DNA of 64,000 nucleotides from Microcoleus sp. Its GTDB lineage: Bacteria; Cyanobacteriota; Cyanobacteriia; Cyanobacteriales; Microcoleaceae. The translations under genes and the position numbers were made by a program. Under the pieces are notes generated by a model that was given only the letters and a program-made list of their open reading frames with translations, did no database searches and was not told the origin of the DNA. The DNA is taken from the NCBI GenBank assembly GCA_042408215.1, contig JAYFMW010000006.1:160001-224000 (forward strand), written 5' to 3'. Shown here one piece after another: positions 10,274 to 25,144 of the stretch; within the stretch, counting starts at the first letter, position 1, and every line of letters starts with the position of its first letter.

Positions 10274-11170
10274 GTGGAAAATCAAATTACCAGTGCTTGT
10301 CAAGTAGGAGTCATCTTTTTTGAAGACACCAGAATCACAGCAGAAGCACTCGAAAAAGCCAAAAAATATAGTGTGATCGTCGCCGGTTCTAACTGGAATG
10401 CCGATGTTTTGAGAAGCTACGGCTTGACTAATGTGGCGATGGTAAATCAAGGAATTGACCCCACAATTTTCCATCCGGCACCTAAATCTAATCTATTTGG
10501 CGATCGCTTTGTCATCTTCTCCGGCGGCAAACTCGAATATCGCAAAGGTCAAGATATTGTCATCGCCGCTTTCAAACAATTTCGCGCCAAACATCCCGAA
10601 GCATTATTACTAACAACATGGCATAACTTCTGGCCTCAGTATATGCTGGGAATTGAACAAACCGGAAACGTAGCCGGACTTCCCAATATTAACCGCGACG
10701 GAAGTTTAGGAATTTCCCAATGGTTAGCAGCTAACGGTTTACCCGTGGAATCTTTTATCAATATCGGCTTAATTCCCAATCACCTCGCCGGACAAATATT
10801 GCGAGAAGCCGATGCTGCTGTTTTCACCAATCGCTGCGAAGGCGGCACTAATTTAGTCGCAATGGAAAGTATGGCCTGCGGAATTCCTACTATTTTATCA
10901 GCAAATACTGGTCATTTAGATTTGATTCACAGCAATAATTGCTATCCTTTATTAAGTCAGCGACGAGTTAAACCGACTGCTCATTTTCCTGGAATTCAAG
11001 GCTGGGGAGAGTCTGATGTTGAAGAAGTTATTGAGGCTTTAGAGCAAATTTACACTAATCGTGAAGAAGCCAAACGTCGGGGTTTAGCTGCGGCTAATTT
11101 TATGCTTAATTGGACTTGGGAAAAACAGGTTAATCGTTTTCTGAATATTATTGGCGGGCTATATACATAA
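10274..11170 (+). CDS. GT4-family glycosyltransferase domain; likely the frameshift-separated C-terminus of the giant TPR protein
   Basis: GKLEYRKGQD and EGGTNLVAMESMACGIPTI motifs; same reading frame as 1055..10219, no stop between 10220 and 10274. Confidence 0.8.
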   Translation: MENQITSACQVGVIFFEDTRITAEALEKAKKYSVIVAGSNWNADVLRSYGLTNVAMVNQGIDPTIFHPAPKSNLFGDRFVIFSGGKLEYRKGQDIVIAAFKQFRAKHPEALLLTTWHNFWPQYMLGIEQTGNVAGLPNINRDGSLGISQWLAANGLPVESFINIGLIPNHLAGQILREADAAVFTNRCEGGTNLVAMESMACGIPTILSANTGHLDLIHSNNCYPLLSQRRVKPTAHFPGIQGWGESDVEEVIEALEQIYTNREEAKRRGLAAANFMLNWTWEKQVNRFLNIIGGLYT

Positions 11171-11176
11171 TTCCCG

Positions 11177-11455
11177 TAGGGGCGGGTTCATCAACAATAA
11201 TCGCCCCAAAACTAACAATTTCAAAAACCCGCCCTCTCACCCAACAAACAATATTAATGTACATTCAGATTTACGGTGGGGCGGGGGCGGGTTTATATTA
11301 ATTGTCGGTGATTATTATGTATGGTTGGCGAACCCGCCCCTACAAATAAAATGTAGGTTGAAATTACAATTTCAATCCACCGATAGATACTGTAGGGTGC
11401 GTCGCACTCGACAATCTGCAATTAAAATCAAAAATATAGCAGCGACGCACCCTAC
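11177..11455. repeat. Cluster of GTAG-type REP-like hairpins between convergent genes
   Basis: GTAGGGGCGGGTT...AACCCGCCC, GGGGCGGGTT...AACCCGCCCCTAC and GTAGGGTGCGTCGC...GCGACGCACCCTAC; related copies near 15837, 25027, 28726 and 28803. Confidence 0.8.
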
Positions 11456-11468
11456 CAGATAAAAAAGA

Positions 11469-14027
11469 TTAATTTGCGATTGATTCCAATAGTTTGTTAG
11501 CACTGTTTACACTTTCAATATCGTATAGTTCTGGATTGTAAGAAACAATTTGTGCTACCAATTTGTGATGGTATTGTTGAGCTTTTTCATTCCTAGAACC
11601 ATGAGCGCGACGATAATTGACAACGACTTCTCTAGTTCCCAAAAAAGGAATGCTGTGCTTGTGACAATTAACCCAAAACTCCCAGTCTTCGTAACCCTCT
11701 TTCATCTCAGATTTGTAACCCCTGACCAAATCCAAAACGGATTTGTGATAAAGTGAGGACGGGTGAATCATGTTAGATTGCTTGATATTTTCCGGCGAAT
11801 ACAAATCGTAACTGGGTACGGTGCGATTTTCAGTGCCAAACAGTTGATAAGAACCAAATGCTACGCAAGGTATCTTTGATTTTAGACATATTTCTAAAAG
11901 ACAAATCAAGGCATTTGCAGCTAAGATGTCATCGGCATCCAAGGGCATGATATATTCGCCCTTTGCTGCTGCTGTGCCAGTATTTCTAGCCATTGATATC
12001 CCTTGATTAGCTTGTTCTACTAGCCGAATTTGATATTGGGGATTTGCTGCTATCAATTTTTTGGCTACTGTGCTGGTAGTATCTAAACTGCCATCATTGA
12101 CAATGATTATTTCCCAATTTTTGTAAGTTTGATTGATAACGCTAGTTACTGCTTGCGACAAAAAATGAGATTGATTGTAACAGGGAATAATCACAGATAT
12201 CAAAGGTTGACTTTCAAGTTGTGGGGAAGCTGTTACTTGCTTGACACTTTCGGGATGGTTTGAGCGTGCATTTTGGGTGGAGTTTCTAGCAGCTTGTAAG
12301 CTGGAAAAAAAAATATTTGGATGGACGATCGCTAATTGATTCAAATCAGTGTTTAGATACTCGTTATTGCTAATATTATACCCTTGCAAATGTGCTGGCA
12401 ACTCCCAGGAAATATTGGGATCTGGTTGATGTTTGACAGGCTCGACATTGCCCCGCCAAGCAGCACCCATAATTTGCATTGTTTGATAAATTATAGTATG
12501 CCATCCCCTTTGTTTCAAGTAATCTAAACCTTTAGCAACATCGGGAGCAGTTAAATCATGAAATAAAATTATCGCATCTTTTTCGGCAAATTTATCACAA
12601 ACAATTGCGTCATTTAATGGCCCGTCACCTTCGTGTTCTCCGTCAATAAAAATTAACGACCATTTGCGGTTAAATTGAGCGGCAAATTCTTCTACTCTTT
12701 GGGGGCTGTAGCCCGGTATTAGCTCGACGGTTGTTTGAACTCCCGACGCATCAAGAGCGCCTTGAATTGAATCGATTACACTTTGTCTGATGTCATCTCT
12801 TTCTAATAGCGGATCGATGACATCTAATGCAACTCCTGCGAGGGCTAAATGACAGGCTGACCAACCCAGCCAGCAACCTATTTCTAAAGCTTTTTTACCT
12901 TGAAATTGTCGGGCTGTATTGTAAAGGATGTGGGCTTCGTCGCGACTGAGAAATCCGACTGAGGGCGCTCGCCGATCGACATACCAATTGTGAGGAATTT
13001 CTCGACGTAGATAAGGCCACGGACAAGTCTGAGTATCGCTGACAATCATGTTGGGAAAGTAGGCATCAGGGAGGATAATTTTAAATCCTGGCGAGATGTA
13101 ATCTCCTGGGGGCAATAAAGTATTATTTGTGATTTCTGACTGTGCTGGTACTGTCATTTTTTGCTCTTGAATGGGTTGGTAGCGGAGGCTTATTTCTATT
13201 GTATCCCCATCAGTTGTTGCCAATTTTACCAAGTCGTGTTTGTGACCGGTCATGTGCAGAATGCCGATCGCCTCCTGTGGCAAATACGGCTCCACAAAAC
13301 AACCTCGCTGCTTGTCCCACACGGGCAAACCAAAGTTACAACTCCAGTTACACCAAGCCGGCAGCATCTCTGTTTTCTCAAATAATTCAGTGCCGTAAAC
13401 CAAGCGATTTAAGGCAATTTGGTCCGTCATCAAAGAGACGTGTTGCTGCAATCCCTGTGCCAAATATTCCGCCCAAAGTTCCCAGTGCAGAGCATCTTTG
13501 TGCAGCGCAAAAACACCAGCATTTATGGTAGGATAGCTGTGTAACTCTTGGGCTACTTTTTCCCCAAAAGCTGCTTGATAATCGCGATAAACAAATTCGG
13601 AGTACCAAGGCAGTTTGCCGTAAGCTAAATAATAACCACGATCCAGTTCTGGCACAACTGCTAAACCTCGCTTTGCCGCTCCTTGAACTAATAATCTAAC
13701 GGCTTTCCAATCTTGTAGCCAAGCATCAGCATCTATCCACAGATAGATGTCAAAATTTGGGAAGTATTGGCGCAAAAACGGACGTGCTAAAAGTCCTTTG
13801 AGGTAGTGAGGAGCTTCATTTCTGCCAGGAAAGTCAAAGTCCCAATCGGGTTTTTGAATGAAATTAACTTGTGTTTCTAGCCACTGTAATTGATCGGGAG
13901 TGCAGCCGAGATCGAAAAAGCCGATCGCCACATTTTCACTTTCTGGTTTTTGCCGCACCGATAAAATAGTGCCTCGCACCAGTTCAAAGTAATTTGCATC
14001 AGCGGCCGTAATGATGATAAGCTGCAT
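11469..14027 (-). CDS. Three-domain protein: GT-A glycosyltransferase + class I SAM methyltransferase + GT2 glycosyltransferase
   Basis: YLWIDADAW (DxD); [11 protein letters not shown] and [18 protein letters not shown] and IMPLDADD. Start moved to MQLIII because the longer N-terminus is translated STRR. Confidence 0.85.
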   Translation of the reverse strand: MQLIIITAADANYFELVRGTILSVRQKPESENVAIGFFDLGCTPDQLQWLETQVNFIQKPDWDFDFPGRNEAPHYLKGLLARPFLRQYFPNFDIYLWIDADAWLQDWKAVRLLVQGAAKRGLAVVPELDRGYYLAYGKLPWYSEFVYRDYQAAFGEKVAQELHSYPTINAGVFALHKDALHWELWAEYLAQGLQQHVSLMTDQIALNRLVYGTELFEKTEMLPAWCNWSCNFGLPVWDKQRGCFVEPYLPQEAIGILHMTGHKHDLVKLATTDGDTIEISLRYQPIQEQKMTVPAQSEITNNTLLPPGDYISPGFKIILPDAYFPNMIVSDTQTCPWPYLRREIPHNWYVDRRAPSVGFLSRDEAHILYNTARQFQGKKALEIGCWLGWSACHLALAGVALDVIDPLLERDDIRQSVIDSIQGALDASGVQTTVELIPGYSPQRVEEFAAQFNRKWSLIFIDGEHEGDGPLNDAIVCDKFAEKDAIILFHDLTAPDVAKGLDYLKQRGWHTIIYQTMQIMGAAWRGNVEPVKHQPDPNISWELPAHLQGYNISNNEYLNTDLNQLAIVHPNIFFSSLQAARNSTQNARSNHPESVKQVTASPQLESQPLISVIIPCYNQSHFLSQAVTSVINQTYKNWEIIIVNDGSLDTTSTVAKKLIAANPQYQIRLVEQANQGISMARNTGTAAAKGEYIMPLDADDILAANALICLLEICLKSKIPCVAFGSYQLFGTENRTVPSYDLYSPENIKQSNMIHPSSLYHKSVLDLVRGYKSEMKEGYEDWEFWVNCHKHSIPFLGTREVVVNYRRAHGSRNEKAQQYHHKLVAQIVSYNPELYDIESVNSANKLLESIAN

Positions 14028-14050
14028 AAATATAGGATTTTTGGTTAAGG

Positions 14051-14109
14051 ATTGGGCATTGGGCATTCGGCATTGGGAATTGGGAATTGGGCATTGGGAA
14101 TTGGGCATT
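14051..14109. repeat. STRR heptamer tandem repeat (ATTGGG(C/A))
   Basis: Visible tandem heptamers. Confidence 0.9.
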
Positions 14110-14206
14110 GTTTAAATATTTCCCTCTTCATGACCTCCGTTACATCCGTTACATAATCCGTTGCCGAACTTCCTTCTTCCTTAAATTATACTATCGAGGA
14201 GGACTT

Positions 14207-15805
14207 ATGAAAAACCCAAAAGGGAAAGTTTACCTAGTCGGTGCGGGGCCCGGAGATTGTGACTTGATGACAGTGCGATCGCACAAATTGCTATCCCAAG
14301 CCGAAGTCTTAATCTACGACGCTCTAGTCGATATCCCCCAACTCGAATTAATCCCAGTAACTTGCCTCAAAATCGAAGTCGGAAAACGCGGTGGCAAACC
14401 TTCTACTCAACAACAAGAAATCAACCGTTTGCTAGTAGAACACTGCCACAGAGGCAAACAAGTAGTACGCCTCAAAAGCGGCGATCCGTTTATTTTTGGA
14501 CGTTCTAGCTCCGAAATTCAAGCATTAATAGCAGCCGACTGCGAGTTTGAAGTAATACCTGGAATTTCATCTGCATTCGCCGCACCATTGTTAGCAGGAA
14601 TTCCCCTCACAGATCCGGTAATGAGCCGCTGTTTTGCAGTGATGAGCGCCCACGAACCAGATGCTCTGGAATGGGAAGCATTAGTGCACATAGACACTTT
14701 GGTAATATTGATGGGAGGGCGCAATTTAAGTGAGATTATCTGGCAATTACAAAAACACGGATTATCGAGCCAAACTCCGATCGCCATTATCCGAGATTGC
14801 GGCCGCCCCGAACAACAAATTTGGCTCGGCAATCTCTCTGATATTATACATAAAACAACAGGTGAATCTCTGTCACCTTGTGTGATAATTATTGGGGAAG
14901 TAGTAAGATTACGCGAATATTTAATCCAGCCACAAAGCACCAACATGATCGATATAAATGTCCCTCTTAATAACAGCCAATTGCCACTAGCAGGAAAAAC
15001 TATTTTAGTCACCCGTGCAGCTTCTCAATCTGGTCAATTTAGCGATCGCCTCCAGCAACAAGGAGCCCGCGTTATCGAAATGCCCGCCCTAGTAATTGGC
15101 CCGCCTTCCACCTGGGAACCATTAGACAGTGCGATCGCCCAATTGTCAAGTTTTCACTGGTTAATTCTCACTTCCCACAACGCTGTAGACTGTTTTTTTG
15201 CCAGACTAGAAACCAGCGGCAAAGATTCCCGCAGCTTGTTCGGCATCAAAATTGCAGTTGTCGGCAAAAAAACTGCCGAAAGTTTGCGATCGCACTCTTT
15301 GCAACCTGACTTTATTCCCCCCAACTTTGTCGCCGATTCCCTAGTCGAAAACTTCCCCTGGGAGGGCGTGGAGGGCGAGCACGGGGGCATCGCCCCTACG
15401 AACTGCAAGATATTATTTCCGAGAGTAGAAAGCGGTGGGAGAGAAGTTTTAGTCAAAGAATTCACCGCCAAAGGAGCGCAAGTAATCGAAGCACCAGCCT
15501 ATCAATCTTGTTGTCCCGAAAGTATCGACCCGATCGCCCTAGCAGCACTGCAAAATCGGGCAGTGAATATTATAACATTTGCCAGTTCCAAAACCGTACA
15601 AAATTTTTGCAAACTCATAGAACAAAGCCCCGAATTGTCCAGATCGCAGGATTGGTTAAAAAATGTTTGCATCGCCTCCATCGGGCCGGAAACTTCCAAA
15701 AGTTGTTATAATTTATTGGGTAAGTTAGATGTAGAAGCCAAAGAGTATACCTTAGATGGATTGACAGAGGCGATCGTTCAATGGGTTTCAGAAAATCCAA
15801 CATAA
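14207..15805 (+). CDS. cobA: Fused uroporphyrinogen-III C-methyltransferase / synthase (CobA-HemD)
   Basis: VYLVGAGPGD, VVRLKSGDPFIFGR, then GKTILVTRA...ITFASSKTV...IASIGPETS; GAGGAGG RBS before ATG 14207. Confidence 0.93.
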   Translation: MKNPKGKVYLVGAGPGDCDLMTVRSHKLLSQAEVLIYDALVDIPQLELIPVTCLKIEVGKRGGKPSTQQQEINRLLVEHCHRGKQVVRLKSGDPFIFGRSSSEIQALIAADCEFEVIPGISSAFAAPLLAGIPLTDPVMSRCFAVMSAHEPDALEWEALVHIDTLVILMGGRNLSEIIWQLQKHGLSSQTPIAIIRDCGRPEQQIWLGNLSDIIHKTTGESLSPCVIIIGEVVRLREYLIQPQSTNMIDINVPLNNSQLPLAGKTILVTRAASQSGQFSDRLQQQGARVIEMPALVIGPPSTWEPLDSAIAQLSSFHWLILTSHNAVDCFFARLETSGKDSRSLFGIKIAVVGKKTAESLRSHSLQPDFIPPNFVADSLVENFPWEGVEGEHGGIAPTNCKILFPRVESGGREVLVKEFTAKGAQVIEAPAYQSCCPESIDPIALAALQNRAVNIITFASSKTVQNFCKLIEQSPELSRSQDWLKNVCIASIGPETSKSCYNLLGKLDVEAKEYTLDGLTEAIVQWVSENPT

Positions 15806-16108
15806 TATCAAGTCCGATAGATTAACCATGATTCTCGTAGGGGCGGGTTCACCAACAATAATTGCCAATAATCGACAATCTCATAAACCCGCCCCCACCC
15901 AACGACAAATCATCATCTAAGAAGGCGAGATAAGTAGTAAACTGGTTGTCAGATAATTAGAGGGAATTGAGGAACAAAATAGCCAGTAAAATTATCAACA
16001 ATAACAAAACCCGTGCAGTCTACGTCAAGCAAATAATAGACATCTCCCAAAAAGCCTGTCAAGAACAGGCAGGATGCCTGTTCCACAATAAACTAATTAG
16101 CAAAAGCC

Positions 16109-17290
16109 ATGAATATAAATTTTTCTCGTTTCGACACCTTAAGCAGCGTGCTAGCAGGAACCAGCGTCGCCGCCTTAACCATAATCATCAGCCAACCGGC
16201 GATCGCCAAAACGCCCCAAGCAGTCGCCAACATTGCCGGCCCGCTGACAGTACAAATTAACAGTTCCCTAGGAGACGGTTCCGGCGTAATTATTGCCAAA
16301 AACGGCAAAACTTACACAGTTTTAACAGTCAACCACGTAGTAGAAAAAGCCGACGTCAAATACACGGTTCGCACTTCCATCGGCAAAAACTATCCAGCAA
16401 CCTCCGTCACCCGCTTGCAAATAGCCCAAACCGACGCGGATTTAGCCGTAGTCAAATTTGAAAGTCCAGAAGAATATCCAGTGGCGACGATCGCCGATTC
16501 CGATCAAGCCGTCATTGGCACTCAAATCTTCGTTTACGGCTATCCCGCTACCGGAGGACTTTTTGGGGCAGAAAGAGAACCAGAACTCTCTCCCGGACTC
16601 GTTACCAGCCGCCCCCACAATCGCCCGGAAGGTTACACATTGCGGTATCAGGCCGTAACTTGGAGTGGCATGAGTGGCGGGCCAGTTTTCGACTCCGAAG
16701 GCCGAGTCATCGGCTTACACGGACAAGGCGAATTCGGTTTCGCGCAAACCAGTTCCGGTGAAGTCGCCCCGATTAAAACAGGATTTAACGCAGCAGTTCC
16801 GATCAATACTTTTATCGCAAAACTGGTGGCGGCGGGAATGAACAAATCCGAGTTGAAAGTAGACAATACTCCCGCAATCCAAGGCCCCGTATCCAGCGCT
16901 AATCCTCCAGATGCCCAAGCCTATTATTTTCGCGGACTTTCGCGGTTAGATCAAGGAGATGCTTGGGAGGCGATCGCCGATTTCAACAAAGCACTTGCTT
17001 CCAAGTCCAACTACACTCCCGAATTGTACTTCAACATCGGCAATGCCCGCACTCTCATCAGCAGCGTCGATTCAACCCGTGGGCCCAGCGCTATTCAAGC
17101 ATACACGCGGGCGATCGAAGCCAATGCCGGCTTTGCCGACGCCTACTACAACCGCGCGTTAGCCCATCTCGAAAACAAAGACAAACCCCAAGCAATTGCC
17201 GACTTTCAGAAAGCAGCAGAACTGTACAAACAAGGAGGGAGAACGAGTGCGTATCTAGACGCGCGTAAAAGAATCGAACAGTTGCAGTGA
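16109..17290 (+). CDS. Secreted trypsin-like serine protease with C-terminal TPRs
   Basis: Signal-like N-terminus; catalytic triad motifs LTVNHVV, DLAVVKF, GMSGGPV; TPR-like AYYNRALA. Confidence 0.88.
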   Translation: MNINFSRFDTLSSVLAGTSVAALTIIISQPAIAKTPQAVANIAGPLTVQINSSLGDGSGVIIAKNGKTYTVLTVNHVVEKADVKYTVRTSIGKNYPATSVTRLQIAQTDADLAVVKFESPEEYPVATIADSDQAVIGTQIFVYGYPATGGLFGAEREPELSPGLVTSRPHNRPEGYTLRYQAVTWSGMSGGPVFDSEGRVIGLHGQGEFGFAQTSSGEVAPIKTGFNAAVPINTFIAKLVAAGMNKSELKVDNTPAIQGPVSSANPPDAQAYYFRGLSRLDQGDAWEAIADFNKALASKSNYTPELYFNIGNARTLISSVDSTRGPSAIQAYTRAIEANAGFADAYYNRALAHLENKDKPQAIADFQKAAELYKQGGRTSAYLDARKRIEQLQ

Positions 17291-17330
17291 AATTTGAAGT
17301 TAGTAGTTCTGGACTCATATCAATTCCGGT

Positions 17331-18112
17331 AACACCAATTTAATGGGTCGTTGCATAGATCTCGATCCCCCTAAATTCCCCTTAATAAGGGAGACTTTGA
17401 GCAGAATCTTGTTCCACCCCCTACTCCCCTTATTAAGGGGGGTTAGGGGGGATCAGATTCTACGGGGCCTCATAAAAAACTGGTGTTACACCGGAATGAT
17501 ATAGAGGAGACGGCTTGGCCTTAGTCCCTACCCAAAATAATATTGTAGGGACACTCCAGGAGCCCATTGGTGTCAACTTAAGCCTGAAAGCCCTGAGAAA
17601 TCTGGTTTTTACCTGAGTCTAGATCCCCCTAAATCCCCCTTAAGAAGGGGAGTAGGGGGTGACTTTGATCGGACTCCTGTCCCCCCCGACCTAAGGGGGG
17701 TTAGGGGGGATCTGGCCTTAATCGTCAAACAGTAGTCTGTGACAGGGTTTGGCCTTAAGTTGACACCAATGGGCAATGCCCTCTCCTAATTTCGGCAATA
17801 ATTCCGAATCCTATAATTGTTTATGAATGATTTAACCTTTCTAGGGCGCAGAGGGCGCGGAGGAAGAGAGGGTTATTTTGGGGTAGGGAAATGAGATTAT
17901 TGGTGATTGGAACCAACAAATAACCAATCACAAATAACAACTAACAAATAACCAATAATACCAATTTAATTTGAAGTTGCATATATTCCGATCCCCCTAA
18001 ATCCCCCTTAATAAGGGGAGTAGAGGGTGACTTTGACCACACTCTTGTCCCCCCCTTATTAAGGGGGGTTAGGGGGGATCAGATTCTATGCAGCCTCATA
18101 AAAAATTGGTAT
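17331..18112. mobile_element. Stack of three MITE-like elements (17331-17487, 17563-17773, 17958-18112) sharing an internal CCCCCTAAATCCCCCTTAA(T/G)AAGGGG core
   Basis: Terminal inverted repeats A(C/T)ACCAATT...AA(C/T)TGGT(G/A)T and CCCATTGGTGTCAACTTAAG...CTTAAGTTGACACCAATGGG. Confidence 0.8.
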
Positions 18113-18131
18113 AACAAATAACCGATCGCAA

Positions 18132-23294
<5,163 letters not shown>

Positions 23295-23500
23295 AAGGTT
23301 TGCCTGAGTCTAGCCTTAATTCGAGTTGAGAATTGAGATTTTAGGTAAAACAGAGCAGATCGCACCCTCATCCTGACTATTTCTAACCTAGCTCGCGGAT
23401 CGCCAAATCTCAAATTTTAAGTCGAATTTTGAGTGTGTCACCAACATAGCAAAGACTGCCGATCAGTGTCGAAACACAGAAAGTCAAAACAGAGAAAATT

Positions 23501-24130
23501 ATGAGCGATCGAATTGTGCGGATCATCGGTTTGACTGGGGGCATCGCTACCGGTAAAACCGCTATATCTAATTATCTGGCCGATACTTACAAATTTCCGA
23601 TTTTAGATGCCGATCTTTACGCCCGCGAAGCTGTGTACCCAGGTTCGCGAATACTGAATTCTATTGTAGAACGCTACGGCCCTAGTATTTTGCTTTCCGA
23701 CGGCAATTTAAATCGGTCGGAGTTGGGAAATATTATTTTTTGTAACCCAGCCGAACGGCAGTGGCTAGAACAACAGATTCATCCTTATGTCCGCCGCCGC
23801 TTAATTGAGGCAACTGAAAGCTACATTTCTCGATCGAGTCTGGTATCTACAAGCACGTTGACTGTGGTTTTGGTAGTGCCGCTGCTGTTTGAAGCTAACA
23901 TGACTGATTTGTGTACAGCCATTTGGGTTGTTTACTGTTCGCCCTCTGTGCAGTTAGAACGGCTTATGCAGCGAGATGGCTTGAGTTGCGATCGAGCTTT
24001 GGCCCGTATTAAAACTCAGTTGCCGCTAGATCAAAAGTGTCAAAAAGCTGATGTTGTTTTAGACAACTCGTCAACCCTCGACTCGCTGTTTATGCAGGTA
24101 AATGCGATCGTCAGCCGATTTGAGATTTGA
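23501..24130 (+). CDS. coaE: Dephospho-CoA kinase
   Basis: IIGLTGGIATGKT P-loop, DADLYAREAV, LEQQIHPYV, VPLLFE. Confidence 0.95.
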   Translation: MSDRIVRIIGLTGGIATGKTAISNYLADTYKFPILDADLYAREAVYPGSRILNSIVERYGPSILLSDGNLNRSELGNIIFCNPAERQWLEQQIHPYVRRRLIEATESYISRSSLVSTSTLTVVLVVPLLFEANMTDLCTAIWVVYCSPSVQLERLMQRDGLSCDRALARIKTQLPLDQKCQKADVVLDNSSTLDSLFMQVNAIVSRFEI

Positions 24131-24526
24131 GATTACTCCCACCTGAATCTGCGAAGGAATAAATCCGTTCCCAGGTTTAATTTAGCGCCAGATCGATAAA
24201 TTATTAAGGTAATCTGAAGCATTTAAAAAAATTACAATTTAGGATTTTCTTTCGCGTTTTTTGGCGGTTGCTATATATAGCGGTTTTCAACCGCATGAGG
24301 TACAAGCCGATCGATGCCCTATGCCCACGGAGGCCTATGCCCTATGCCCAATCTCCAATCCCCAAGCGTACCTCATTGAACAGAGAAGCGGCTATATAGC
24401 AACCGTCAAGGCAGTTAGGATGTTTTAAATTGCTGAAAGCATTGATTTTATTCCTGATTCCTGATTCCTGATTCCTGATTTCTGATTCCTTCAACATCCT
24501 GCTCTAAGTGAACGCGCAACCAGAAT

Positions 24527-24543
24527 GAGGGGTGTCACCCCCT
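24527..24543. promoter_or_regulatory. HetR-binding-site-like palindrome (GGG-N5-CCC)
   Basis: GAGGGGTGTCACCCCCT, 13/17 identical to the hetP-promoter HetR site GAGGGGTCTAACCCCTC as recalled; about 110 bp upstream of the PatX-like ORF. Confidence 0.6.
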
Positions 24544-24652
24544 ATTTACGGAAGTCAAAAAAGTTGCAATTTTGGCAAAATTGCATTTTTTTACCCTGAT
24601 AGCAGAGTACAGGCTGCGTATCAAGAAGTGGAAACTACAAACACCGAACTTT

Positions 24653-24853
24653 ATGATGCGCGTTTACTCTTCTATCCTGATGCCAAGCCTGTTATTGAGC
24701 AGCACCGCAGTTAACGCTCAAAGCTTTGAAACTCGATCGACCTTTTTCTCTCAATCCAAATCTGTTCCCGAATTCTTAACAGCTCAAGATGACAATTCGA
24801 CTTCTTCAGATAACGATCAAGATTCTGAGCCAGAACGAGGAAGCGGAAGATAA
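24653..24853 (+). CDS. patX: PatX-like small secreted protein ending in ERGSGR
   Basis: 66 aa; hydrophobic signal-like N-terminus MRVYSSILMPSLLLSSTAVNA and C-terminal EPERGSGR-stop. Confidence 0.75.
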   Translation: MMRVYSSILMPSLLLSSTAVNAQSFETRSTFFSQSKSVPEFLTAQDDNSTSSDNDQDSEPERGSGR

Positions 24854-25144
24854 AGCCAAAAAACGGATATTTTTGCCAAAAAGAAGCGAAAAATACAGAA
24901 TGATTATTTTTGTGATTTTTGCTTCTTTTTTTTGCGGAAACTCAGGAATTCAGATATTTTTGATGTTTTTTAAGTATCGGCGGAGCGGGTTTACAGGAGC
25001 GATCGGAGCATTGTCAATAAGCCCTCCGGGGCGGGTTCACCAATAGCTTTAAAGGATACTCAAAGACTAAAAAACCCGCCCCCACCCCGCGCGAGAGTCC
25101 TTTATTGACAATGGTGCTTGATGTGAATTTAACCGGACTTGATA

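Noticed and set aside
14028..14206. N-terminal extensions called by the ORF track for the GT fusion and cobA (also tldD, fmt, the antiporter and 51566)
   Set aside because: They run through repeats or lack family resemblance; downstream ATGs fit better
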